Source of the DNA: Planctomycetota bacterium
Lineage (GTDB): Bacteria; Planctomycetota; UBA1135
Assembly: GCA_045047305.1 (NCBI GenBank)
Contig: JASFYO010000016.1
Location: forward strand, 1-64,000
Length of the DNA stretch: 64,000 bases
Direction of reading: 5' to 3'
In this document: piece after piece, positions 12,613 to 21,680 of the stretch
Numbering within the stretch: position 1 is the first letter of the stretch
How the letters are laid out: every line of letters starts with the position of its first letter
Position numbers and translations under genes: made by a program
The notes under the pieces: generated by a model
Seen by the model: only the letters and a program-made list of their open reading frames with translations
What the model was told of the DNA's origin: nothing
Databases searched by the model: none

Positions 12613-14046
12613 TTAGGACTCACCGTTGCGAATTTTGCGATCCAGTTCTGCAAGTAGGGAAGCAAAATCGCCATCAACACGACGACGGCGTTCCATTTTT
12701 TCAATCGCGTAGACCACGGTGCTGTGATCGCGGCCGCCAAAGTGTCCACCAATCTCCTCTAAAGAGTGATCGGTCAAGCTGCGGGCCAGGAACATAGCTA
12801 CCTGACGCGGGTAGACAATGGATTGGGTTCGACGTTTAGATTGAAGGTCGGCCAGGCGAACACCGAAGTGCCCAATGACCGCAGCAAGGATGTCGTCCAT
12901 GCGTATGACCCGTTGCATCTTGGCGTTGCGCTCTGAGCCCAGGGCTTGGCGGGCTAGTGGCAAGCTAATAGGCAGCCTGTTTAGTTGCGACAATGCGTGC
13001 AGGTGGGTTAGGGTGCCCTCCAGTTCGCGGACGTTGCGGTCAACGTGCTCCGCGATGAAATTCGCAATGTCATCCGGTAGCTCAATGCCAATGCGATCAG
13101 CCTTGCGGCGCAGGATTGCAACTCGAGTTTCGAAACACGGAGTTTCAATTTCGGCCACTAAACCCCATTTAAAGCGACTAACTAGCCGTTCTTGCAAATC
13201 TGGAATTTCTCCAGGAGGGGCATCAGAAGATAAAACAATCTGCTTTTGTGCGGCACGTAACGCGTTAAAGGTGTGGAAAAATTCTTCCTGAGTACGCTGT
13301 TTGTTCGACAACATTTGAATGTCGTCGACAATTAGGACATCGACCTTGCGGTAGCGGTCGCGGAAATGCGAAATACTACCTTGCTGCAAAGAACCAACAA
13401 AGTGGTTGATGAATTCTTCACAGGAGAGAAATGCAATGCGCACATTCGGATTATTGCGCCGTATGCGATGTGCAATCGCTTGCATCAGGTGAGTTTTGCC
13501 AAGGCCAACGGAACCATGAAGGAACAGTGGGTTGAAAGCATCACCTGGGCGGTCTGCCACGCCATGAGCGGCAGCATGAGCAAAGCGATTACATGGGCCG
13601 ACGACGAAAGTGTCGAAGACGTATTCCTGATTCAACAGGAGAGGTTCGACTTCGGCTCCAGGTGCAGCTTCGAGGGCTGGGTTTCCGCTGGTGCCGTTAT
13701 TTGAGGTTAGAGGAGGAGAATCAGCGCCGCTAGAAATCGGTTGTAGGTCTTCGGGGGGCAGAATGTGCTCGATGTCGAGTTCGACGACTTCGAGTTCGCA
13801 ATTTTGAACGCCAAGGGCCTGACAGAGGGATGGAAGATGCCGGTCACGAATGCGCTCAAAATGGAGCGCCGTGGGTACCGAGATCTTGGCCAGGCCTTGA
13901 TCCATAGAAAGCAATTCTGCTCCGCGCAACCATCCATCAACCTCTGCGGGGCCCAATTCAGCTTCGAGGACGTCCAAGGCGGAAGTCCAAACAAGGTTGG
14001 GATCTGGGAGAAGGGGGTGTTGCACGATGATTCGAGCCAAAACCAC
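12613..14046 (-). CDS. dnaA: Chromosomal replication initiator protein
   Basis: Motifs FDTFVVGPCN, NPLFLHGSVGLGKTHL, LIVDDIQ, RLVSRF, NVRELEG, FGGRDHSTV. Confidence 0.98.
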   Translation of the reverse strand: MVLARIIVQHPLLPDPNLVWTSALDVLEAELGPAEVDGWLRGAELLSMDQGLAKISVPTALHFERIRDRHLPSLCQALGVQNCELEVVELDIEHILPPEDLQPISSGADSPPLTSNNGTSGNPALEAAPGAEVEPLLLNQEYVFDTFVVGPCNRFAHAAAHGVADRPGDAFNPLFLHGSVGLGKTHLMQAIAHRIRRNNPNVRIAFLSCEEFINHFVGSLQQGSISHFRDRYRKVDVLIVDDIQMLSNKQRTQEEFFHTFNALRAAQKQIVLSSDAPPGEIPDLQERLVSRFKWGLVAEIETPCFETRVAILRRKADRIGIELPDDIANFIAEHVDRNVRELEGTLTHLHALSQLNRLPISLPLARQALGSERNAKMQRVIRMDDILAAVIGHFGVRLADLQSKRRTQSIVYPRQVAMFLARSLTDHSLEEIGGHFGGRDHSTVVYAIEKMERRRRVDGDFASLLAELDRKIRNGES

Positions 14047-14109
14047 CTAAGTCCCTTAAAATAAAGGCATTAGGCGTTCCGGCCGGGGAGGACCAATTTA
14101 GAGCACGCT

Positions 14110-14137
14110 TGTGGATAAACGCCTAAAGTTTTCAACA
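14110..14137. promoter_or_regulatory. DnaA boxes upstream of dnaA (autoregulation or bipartite origin)
   Basis: Perfect TGTGGATAA at 14110-14118 and degenerate TTTTCAACA at 14129-14137. Confidence 0.75.
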
Positions 14138-14165
14138 AAACGCCTAAGTCCCTGAAGGCAAACAT

Positions 14166-15326
14166 CTAGCGTTTTGCAACTTCGTATAGTCGTCGAAGCA
14201 ACTTCCCAAGTCGTTTCGCTGCAAGTTGAATCTCTGCGGGCTGCAATTCTGGACCAAAACTAATGCGAATCGACGCCCGTGCCACCTCTGGATCAAGTCC
14301 TGCGGCAACCAAAACGGAGCTTGGAAGGGCGGCGCCAGAAGAGCAAGCGGCGCCAGCAGAAACCTCAATGCCATCGGCATCGCATGCTGGAATCAACATT
14401 CTGCCATCCAATTCTGGGAAAGAAAGGTTCAGCGTATTTGGCAATCCTCCTTCTTCTCTGTGATTGGATAGAAACGGAAGTCCAAGTTTTTGAATCTGGA
14501 CAATGAAGGCTTCGCGGGCAAGGAGTATTCGAGCAGCAAAAGCAGACTGCTCTTCCACGGCTAAGCGCAAAGCGTGAGCAAAGCTTGCAGCCATGGCGGG
14601 TGATTCAGTACCTGAGCGCAAGGAGCGCTGTTGCCCCCCACCAACTTGGATCGGATCTAGCGCCGCGTCTTCGGATAGACGCAAAACCCCAATGCCTTTT
14701 GGTGCTCCAAACTTATGGCCCGACAAGGCCAATGTTGTTGCACTCCATAAAGAGTTGGTTAAGGGTAGTTTGCCAAAACCCTGCACGCCGTCGCAATGCC
14801 ACAGGTGGTTTTGATTGCAGCTGCGCGCAAGGGCATCGATATTTTGCACCGCACCAGTTTCATTGTTTGCCCACTGCAATACGGTCAGGCTGAATTCATC
14901 TTCTTGTTGGTGCTGCAGCATGGCATCGACGTCAGCCATAGCGTGCCGATCCAGTGCAACCAAACGTAGCGGGAATCCATTTTGTTGCAGCAAGCGCAGC
15001 GGGGCAAGCGCGGCGGGATGCTCAGCACGCGACGCAATGAGGGTGATTGGTTTACCGACTAAACGTCGCGCGGCAGTAGACAAACCGTGGATTGCGAGGT
15101 TATTGGCCTCAGTGGCGCCGCTGGTAAACAAAATGTCGCGCGCGGAGGCATGAAGAATCGAAGCGACTTCCTCTCTGGCATTCTCAAGCACAGCTTGTGC
15201 ATGACGGCCAGCGCGGTGAATGGAAGACGGATTGCCGCCAGCATCGCGGGTCACCCGAACGTAGGTTTCCAGCACTTCTTCGCGAACAGCCAGGCCAGCG
15301 TTCGCATCGAGAAGAATCCTATCCAG
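14166..15326 (-). CDS. Cysteine desulfurase (IscS/NifS family)
   Basis: Motifs GNPSSIH, FTSGATEANN, NNETG, SGHKFG (PLP Lys), SAGAACSSG (catalytic Cys). The N-terminal ILLDANA motif lies upstream of GTG 15275, implying a CTG start at 15326. Confidence 0.92.
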   Translation of the reverse strand: MDRILLDANAGLAVREEVLETYVRVTRDAGGNPSSIHRAGRHAQAVLENAREEVASILHASARDILFTSGATEANNLAIHGLSTAARRLVGKPITLIASRAEHPAALAPLRLLQQNGFPLRLVALDRHAMADVDAMLQHQQEDEFSLTVLQWANNETGAVQNIDALARSCNQNHLWHCDGVQGFGKLPLTNSLWSATTLALSGHKFGAPKGIGVLRLSEDAALDPIQVGGGQQRSLRSGTESPAMAASFAHALRLAVEEQSAFAARILLAREAFIVQIQKLGLPFLSNHREEGGLPNTLNLSFPELDGRMLIPACDADGIEVSAGAACSSGAALPSSVLVAAGLDPEVARASIRISFGPELQPAEIQLAAKRLGKLLRRLYEVAKR

Positions 15327-16158
15327 TTTCTAATTCCTTCTCTGGCATTGGCGCGACGCCAGACGAATCTGCCAGCGGTGCAATGCTCAAACCTAAACGA
15401 TTCTTTAGCTCGGCGGCAATCTCGCGGAATTGGTCTGCGGCACTACAGTCAGGAGCATATTCAAAAATGGTCTGGCCGTGGCTTGGCGCTTCAGCAAGGC
15501 GAACATTCACGCGCACATGAGTGTCGATGACTAGGTCGCCAAAGTGTTCGCGCAGTTCTTGAACAACTTCTCGCGACAGGTTGCGTTGACCGCTATATAG
15601 GCCAACCAAAACGCCGACGAGTTCAATCGAAGGATTGAGGCGACGCTTCACCCGCTCTAAAACATCTAACAATTGGGCCATTCCCTGTAGTGCAAAAAAC
15701 TCTGCTTGCAGGGGGACCAGAACAGAATCGGAAGCAACTAATGCATTGAGTGAAAGAGTTCCCAGCGACGGAGGGCAATCTAAAATGACTACATCTGGAG
15801 CCTCTGGGCTTCGGGCCAAATCATGCAGGGCTAGACGCAGAATTCCTTCGCGGCCGATTTCGCTTGCCAGTTCGCTTTCCACTCCAGTCAGGTCTAGGTT
15901 GGTCGGAGCAATCGATAGATTTTCCACACTGGTTGGCTGCATGACATCGGTGAACGGGTCACCGGCCGTGAGCAAGGTGTACATGGACGGGTCGCCTGGC
16001 TCTGGCATGCGGTCGAAACTAATCGACAAGTGGGCCTGAGGGTCGAGGTCGACGAGCAGAACCTTGGATCCGCTGCACGCCATGGCTGCACCAATGTTGG
16101 CGCAAGAAGTGGTTTTGCCGACACCCCCCTTCTGATTGATGATCGATAGGACTCTCAC
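15319..16158 (-). CDS. parA: Chromosome partitioning ATPase ParA/Soj
   Basis: Motifs NQKGGVGKTT, DLDPQ, ILDCPPSLG, PLQAEFFALQG, RLAEAPSHG. Confidence 0.95.
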   Translation of the reverse strand: MRVLSIINQKGGVGKTTSCANIGAAMACSGSKVLLVDLDPQAHLSISFDRMPEPGDPSMYTLLTAGDPFTDVMQPTSVENLSIAPTNLDLTGVESELASEIGREGILRLALHDLARSPEAPDVVILDCPPSLGTLSLNALVASDSVLVPLQAEFFALQGMAQLLDVLERVKRRLNPSIELVGVLVGLYSGQRNLSREVVQELREHFGDLVIDTHVRVNVRLAEAPSHGQTIFEYAPDCSAADQFREIAAELKNRLGLSIAPLADSSGVAPMPEKELETG

Positions 16159-16177
16159 AGCCCCAGGATAGCCGCGC

Positions 16178-17107
16178 CTAGCTAGTGCGGAGTAGCTTTT
16201 CTGGCCCTTGACAAGACCTTAGGCTTGTCAAGCAGCGGTCTTGATTGCGGTAAGGAAGTTGGAAGGAAGCAACCGCCGATATCAGGGCCAAGTTCTCTTC
16301 TTGAACCTTGTCATGTGGCCGCAAAGCCTGGGTCAGTGAGTGCACTCGTTGTCGTTGAATTCCACTGCGGCTACTGCCACAGCGATCCGCTCGATTGGCA
16401 AATTGGTCCATGTCTTCACGCATATTGCGCCTTAATCTGGACCAGGCGCCAATGAGATTCGGATCCACGTCAGCGGACAGTTTCTTCACAGCCTGAAGCT
16501 GGGTCTCGATAGTTGTGCGTAAAGTTTCGGTAGCAGCCCCCAGGGCTCCCGCAGGCACCGGAACGAGTTCTTGTAGGCAACGTCGTTCACTATCAAAAAT
16601 CCAAGCCAACTCTAATCCAAGTTCCTTAATAGTTTGAAAATGACGGGCGCTTCCCCAGGTGATGTTGGGGCTTTCCATGGTGGTGGGTGGAGCGGGTGCA
16701 CCCCGGCGAACGGTCTCGATGCTCAAGTTCGGAAAAACGTCGGCCCAAAATGTATGTGCAGCTTCAAGTGGGGTAGCTAATGCTTTTGGCAGGAGGTCGT
16801 CCATGGCTCGCTCGCAATCGGCCGTCGCAGGCAAGGTGTCGGCTAAAGCGTTGCGAAAGGCCGCGCGCGATCCGTGGCTGAGTTTTCCGTGGTCGGGAAT
16901 ATCCAGGTACACCACATCTCCATGCGCGTTTTGCACTGGGTAGCGAAGGTCGTCTTTGCCAAAGAGGTTTTCATCTAGGACTAAATGGACTTCCGTTCCG
17001 CCCTCATGGATATTCGCCTGAAGCGCACAAAGTATGAGGTTGAAGGATCTTAGGCGACCGCCAGCGAAGCCCGGCGTAATTACGACGGTGGGCGATGATG
17101 AAGTCAT
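16178..17107 (-). CDS. Divergent, shortened BshC-like protein (bacillithiol BshC fold) or hypothetical protein
   Basis: VVITPGFAGGRL...ILCAL resembles the BshC N-terminal motif; coiled-coil region; LRPHDKVQEENL resembles the BshC C-terminal LxPxxxxQER. About 310 aa. Confidence 0.5.
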   Translation of the reverse strand: MTSSSPTVVITPGFAGGRLRSFNLILCALQANIHEGGTEVHLVLDENLFGKDDLRYPVQNAHGDVVYLDIPDHGKLSHGSRAAFRNALADTLPATADCERAMDDLLPKALATPLEAAHTFWADVFPNLSIETVRRGAPAPPTTMESPNITWGSARHFQTIKELGLELAWIFDSERRCLQELVPVPAGALGAATETLRTTIETQLQAVKKLSADVDPNLIGAWSRLRRNMREDMDQFANRADRCGSSRSGIQRQRVHSLTQALRPHDKVQEENLALISAVASFQLPYRNQDRCLTSLRSCQGPEKLLRTS

Positions 17108-17112
17108 CTGGT

Positions 17113-18015
17113 TTAAGCCGGACTTCCGGAGACTGGCATTAAAGCCAACTTCATTTCTTTCACTGCAACTTCTGTGCGTTCTTCCCAAGTGGAAAGATGT
17201 TGCAGGTCAGCGCGTTCAAAGGCGAACAGGATTGAGCGACTTGCATTGACCACGGCTCCCTGACCTTGTGGGTTGAAAGCCGAGGAAAGGCCTTCTGCAG
17301 TACCCCCCTGAAAGCCGAATCCAGGAAGCAAAATCGTAGCTTGTGGCATAAGCTTGCGGAAATGCTCCAGTTCTTCGGGACGCGTGGCCCCAACTACGGC
17401 GCCAATAGAGGACCAACCACATTTGCCCAGTCGGCTAGCTCCCCATGCGGCAACTTTTTGCGCCACAATGTCGGCAAGCGGTGGCTCGCCATGGTTTTGG
17501 AAACACCCAGCCCCCGGATTGGACGTCTTTACCAGTAGGAACAAACCAGCCTTCGCGCGGTCGGCAGCTTCTAAAAAAGGCTCACACGCGTCCTCTCCCA
17601 GATAGGGGTTCACGGTGAGGGCATCGCTTTCGGGGAAGGCATTTGCCCAACCCCCTTCTAAGAAGGTGCTTGCGTATGCTTTGGAGGTAGACCCAATGTC
17701 TCCGCGCTTGGCATCCATGAGCACCAAAAGCCCACGATCTTTGGCGGATTGAACTGCGTCGGCCAAGGCGCGGAATCCATATTCACCGAGCTGTTCAAAA
17801 AAGGCACTTTGCGGCTTCACAATGGCGACATGTGGGGCGATGACGTCGAGCAAGCAGCGGTGGTACTCAATTAATGCATCCGCAGCTTGTTTCGGGCCCG
17901 CTTTGGATCGGCTACAGAATGGTTCTGGCAAGCGATCGAAACGCGGATCGAGGCCCACCATGGCTGGGGTGCCCTTGGTGGCAATGGCGTCGTAAAGGCG
18001 GTCGGGGAAACTCAT
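17113..18015 (-). CDS. pyrF: Orotidine-5'-phosphate decarboxylase (type 2)
   Basis: Motifs VGLDP, KPQSAFFE, DAKRGDIGST, TVNPYLG, VKTSNPG, GAVVGAT, NASRSI. Confidence 0.96.
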   Translation of the reverse strand: MSFPDRLYDAIATKGTPAMVGLDPRFDRLPEPFCSRSKAGPKQAADALIEYHRCLLDVIAPHVAIVKPQSAFFEQLGEYGFRALADAVQSAKDRGLLVLMDAKRGDIGSTSKAYASTFLEGGWANAFPESDALTVNPYLGEDACEPFLEAADRAKAGLFLLVKTSNPGAGCFQNHGEPPLADIVAQKVAAWGASRLGKCGWSSIGAVVGATRPEELEHFRKLMPQATILLPGFGFQGGTAEGLSSAFNPQGQGAVVNASRSILFAFERADLQHLSTWEERTEVAVKEMKLALMPVSGSPA

Positions 18016-18030
18016 GATGATGCGGCAAAA

Positions 18031-19194
18031 CTATACCGATAGGCTTGGCGGCTCTGGCAGGAATCGCTGAAGGATGTCGTCAAGAAGCAGAAATCCTTTT
18101 TCGGTAGCGCGCAATGAATAGGGCTCGCCAGTTTGAGATTGGAGAAACTCCAGCATGTTTTCGGTGACCAGTTGAGCAACGAGGTCCCCGTGAAAGTCGA
18201 GCAAATCGATGCCCGAAATCCTTCTTAATCGGTTTAGGTCGACGCCCTCTTTAGGCAAGCGCAAGCCCATCATGAGCGCGTCGAATAAAATCGTTTCTGG
18301 TGAACTATTTTCCTTTTCATCGGCAGGATCGGTTCCCGAAAAGACCGCCTTTTCATAGGCATCTGGCCGCTCGAGATTACGTCGGCGAATCCCCTTCCAC
18401 CAGCCGGAGGCGCCTGCGCCGATGCCCACGTACTCTAAGTTGCGCCAATAAACTAAGTTGTGTAAGGCTTCTTCACCAGGCCTAGCGAATGCACTGACTT
18501 CGTATGCTGCAAAACCGGCAGCCTTATTGCGCGCACGAGTTTCTGTAAAAAGTTCAAAGCAACGATCGGGGTTTTCTGCTTCCCAACGTCCAGCATCTTT
18601 CAGGCGAGTAAGGGCAGTTCCTGGTTCGTAGGCCAACTCATAGCAAGAAATGTGTTCCGGTTGCAGCGAATGAACTCTGGCTAAGTCTTCATACCATTCA
18701 TTTGGGTCTTGACCCGGGTAAGCAAAAATGAGATCGATATTGATGCGCTTGATTCCAGCCTGGCGGGCAGCATGAAAGGCACGCATAGAATCTTCTGGAC
18801 TATGTACGCGGTCATAAGCGCGCAGAACATTTTCTCGAAGAGACTGAAACCCAATCGAGATTCTGTCGACGCCACCGTCCGCTGCAGCTTTTGCCGTTTC
18901 TTGGTCAAGCGATTCCGGGTTCGCCTCCATGGTGACCTCTATTGCGGAATCACGAAAGCCGCAAACTTCATCAAGTCCGTCGAGCAGTTTCTCTAGTTGC
19001 TTCACGGACAAGATTGATGGGGTTCCCCCACCAAGAAAAACCGTTTGCGGAGCCAGGCCAGCAATTCTATTTCCGGCCTCTTTTAGGATGGCATCAACAT
19101 GTTGGTCGATGTCTTGTTCACGTAGAGTGTAAGAATTGAAATCGCAGTAGCGGCACTTGGAAACGCAAAACGGGATGTGCACATATAGTGACAC
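18031..19194 (-). CDS. hemW: Radical SAM heme chaperone (HemN-like)
   Basis: LYVHIPFCVSKCRYCDFNS (CxxxCxxC), GGGTPS, HNLVYW. Start is uncertain; GTG 19194 was chosen to avoid overlap with the sigma gene. Confidence 0.9.
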   Translation of the reverse strand: MSLYVHIPFCVSKCRYCDFNSYTLREQDIDQHVDAILKEAGNRIAGLAPQTVFLGGGTPSILSVKQLEKLLDGLDEVCGFRDSAIEVTMEANPESLDQETAKAAADGGVDRISIGFQSLRENVLRAYDRVHSPEDSMRAFHAARQAGIKRINIDLIFAYPGQDPNEWYEDLARVHSLQPEHISCYELAYEPGTALTRLKDAGRWEAENPDRCFELFTETRARNKAAGFAAYEVSAFARPGEEALHNLVYWRNLEYVGIGAGASGWWKGIRRRNLERPDAYEKAVFSGTDPADEKENSSPETILFDALMMGLRLPKEGVDLNRLRRISGIDLLDFHGDLVAQLVTENMLEFLQSQTGEPYSLRATEKGFLLLDDILQRFLPEPPSLSV

Positions 19195-19228
19195 CCCGTT
19201 TTCATCAAGCGAGTTATGCGTAAACGCT

Positions 19229-20125
19229 TTATTGTGCGTGACGGTGGCCTGGTCCGGTTTTCCCGACACTTCCCGCACGACGTCCTGCTGATGGCAGGAT
19301 TTGTTCTGGTGGGACTCCTTCGACGACGTAGGCATGTAACTTGCGCAAAGTGTGACGTTCGATTTGGCGTACGCGTTCGCGCGAGACACCTAGCTTTTTA
19401 GACACCTTCTCCAAGGTTGCGGGCTGGTCATTCTCTAGACCGTAGCGCATGCGAAGGACAGCGGCTTCAAGCGGATCGATAAGCTCTAGGATATCGCGCA
19501 AAGTGCGTAATGCATCCTCGTGCATGACAATCTCTTCAGGAGTTTTGCGATCGCGGTTGTGTTCGCGATGTTGCCCAGGCACAGAGTGGATGCCTTCCGA
19601 GCCGAGGGTCGGCGGTGCCTCCATGCCACGGAGAGTTTGCTGAACAACTTTGGTGTTTTTTGCAGAGATACCAATTTGCTCGGCGATTTCCATCGGCGAA
19701 GGGTTGTGTCCAAGGTCCACGGTCATTTCCGATGAAACTCGGTTCCACTTGGTTAGGATTTCAACCATATAGGAGGGAACGCGTACGGTCTTCACCGAGT
19801 TAATCAAAGCTCGACGAATCGTTTGTTGAATCCACCACGTTGCGTAAGTAGATAACCGAAACCCAGCTTCTGGATTAAACTTTTCCACGCCCTTCAATAG
19901 GCCGATGTTTCCTTCTGCAATTAAGTCAGGAAGGGTTAAGCCACGGTTGCGGAATCGTTTGGCGACGGAAACAACGAGACGCAAGTTTGCACGAATCATG
20001 TGTTCGCGAGCGTCAACGTTTCCTTCTTGGACTTTTCGTCCAAGTTCAACTTCTTCCGCCGCTGAGAGCAACGGTACTTCGTCGATCTCACGGAGGTAGG
20101 CTTCTAGGCAGCGGTCTGATGCGAT
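19229..20125 (-). CDS. Sigma-70 family group 1/2-like (RpoD/RpoS-type) sigma factor lacking region 1.1
   Basis: Motifs ANLRLVVSVAK, DLIAEGNIGLLKGVEKF, GFRLSTYATWWIQQTI, VSRERVRQIE. Region 1.2 (LEAYLREIDEVPLL) extends upstream of the TTG at 20071; probable ATC start at 20125. Confidence 0.92.
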   Translation of the reverse strand: MASDRCLEAYLREIDEVPLLSAAEEVELGRKVQEGNVDAREHMIRANLRLVVSVAKRFRNRGLTLPDLIAEGNIGLLKGVEKFNPEAGFRLSTYATWWIQQTIRRALINSVKTVRVPSYMVEILTKWNRVSSEMTVDLGHNPSPMEIAEQIGISAKNTKVVQQTLRGMEAPPTLGSEGIHSVPGQHREHNRDRKTPEEIVMHEDALRTLRDILELIDPLEAAVLRMRYGLENDQPATLEKVSKKLGVSRERVRQIERHTLRKLHAYVVEGVPPEQILPSAGRRAGSVGKTGPGHRHAQ

Positions 20126-20188
20126 GGGTTTGGCTCCTGATGGGCGTAGAGTGACTCCCCGACATGGAGGGGCTCCATATCTGTGACT

Positions 20189-20217
20189 ACATCGGCTGAA
20201 TTGAAGTTCCGCTTTAG
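20189..20217 (-). promoter_or_regulatory. Sigma-28 (FliA/SigD)-like promoter upstream of the sigma factor gene
   Basis: Minus strand CTAAAG-N15-GCCGATGT versus consensus TAAA-N15/16-GCCGATAA. Confidence 0.45.
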
Positions 20218-20289
20218 ATTATGGAACCTTTCTATTTAGTCCTACACTGAGCTAGACCGAAGGGAGAACAAATTGATTTCCCCTAGCCC

Positions 20290-21621
20290 ATGACTACACC
20301 CTCACCGTGGGCCGATGCTGAACCGCGTCGGCGCTGGATACCCCCTGAAGAATTCGTTCTTATGCTTGAGAATTCAGGCCAGGGGTTCATTCAGGCGGTC
20401 GAGGCATTAGGCCAGCAGCCAGCGGAGTCTTGGGTAGAAGGCTTTCTCTCCAATCTTGCCAGAGAAGCCATTGCCCTGGAGCGCTTCCTTGATATTCACG
20501 GGGCAAAGGCAAATCAGGCTTTCTATGCATTAAGGAAATCAGTTGCATGCACCCTGTGGCTAAGTGAGGCCCTTTCCTGTTTGGTTCATTTGCGTGGACG
20601 CCTGGAAGTTTATCCGAGTTCCGATGAGTTTTGGACTCGGAATGACTTGCCGAAGAGGCTGAAATCTACGGTGAACGGGCTTGGTGAATTGCTCCTAGAG
20701 ATATCCCAAGAGCTTAAGCTTCAATGGGTTACGGCCGGTTGTGAATGGTCACAGGTCGGTGATTGGGAATTAGTATGCACGCTCCCCCCTTCGCGCATTT
20801 TGGTCGCAGACCGCCTCCGGGGCGAAGAAAAGGCCGAGCAAGGACAAGACCAATTGGTCGCCCCCGCCGCGCGGTTATGTAATCGATTTTTGGAGTTCTA
20901 TCGCTCCTGGGAGGTAATGAGCGGCAAGTCTTTTGAAGACCCGGCCGAACTCATCAAGTTTTTCGAAGAATTTTGCAAGGAGAGGACCACTCGATCTTTT
21001 AAAGCCCGCGCGCATAACTGGCAAAGCGATTATGACTCTCTTGTGTACGCCACCAAAGATGAGTTGGATTGGCCGGAACTTAAGTGCTTGCGAGGAGCCA
21101 TGAGCCAGTCTCTGCACCTTCTAGAAGCAATCGTTGCTCTGTCTCATCTGTTTGAGCGCCATCGTCCAGGACTGGTGTCCGCAAACGATGGGCTGGGTTA
21201 TTTTCTTGAGTCCGAACAATTTTTGAAACTAGTGGTGGATGGCTGCGTTTTGCCGGCATACCGTAGCTTAGAAGTCGGAGTTGAGGCCGCGGAAAGCCTT
21301 TTAAGTAGCCTTGCTAAAGAGACTTACATATTTGTTCAATTGCCGCCCGGAGTTCGCTTGCATGCCCGGCCACTGTCTCTTCTGGTTCGCCTAACCCAAC
21401 ATTTCGGCTTGCCGGTTACCATGAGCGTGAATGGCGCATCTGCATCCGCCGAAAGCCTGATCCAACTGCTTTTGCTCGCAGGACAGAACCCAGATGCAAA
21501 AGAATACAAGTTTGAGGGAGCGGCAATCGCACTTGACGGCATTCGACTCTTGTTTGAATCGAGCCTCGGAGAGAATGGGATTGAAGGCCTTCCAGGGGAA
21601 TTGGCTTTCCTGAAGGGATAA
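20290..21621 (+). CDS. Uncharacterised helical protein with a C-terminal HPr (PTS phosphocarrier) domain
   Basis: The last ~95 aa contain GVRLHARPLSLLV (HPr His15 motif) and ASAESLIQLLLL (Ser46 region). Confidence 0.75.
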   Translation: MTTPSPWADAEPRRRWIPPEEFVLMLENSGQGFIQAVEALGQQPAESWVEGFLSNLAREAIALERFLDIHGAKANQAFYALRKSVACTLWLSEALSCLVHLRGRLEVYPSSDEFWTRNDLPKRLKSTVNGLGELLLEISQELKLQWVTAGCEWSQVGDWELVCTLPPSRILVADRLRGEEKAEQGQDQLVAPAARLCNRFLEFYRSWEVMSGKSFEDPAELIKFFEEFCKERTTRSFKARAHNWQSDYDSLVYATKDELDWPELKCLRGAMSQSLHLLEAIVALSHLFERHRPGLVSANDGLGYFLESEQFLKLVVDGCVLPAYRSLEVGVEAAESLLSSLAKETYIFVQLPPGVRLHARPLSLLVRLTQHFGLPVTMSVNGASASAESLIQLLLLAGQNPDAKEYKFEGAAIALDGIRLLFESSLGENGIEGLPGELAFLKG

Positions 21622-21680
21622 TCAGTCCCCGGATTGCTTGGAATCGTTAACCCACTAAGTTAGGCTGGCGCGCAAGCATT

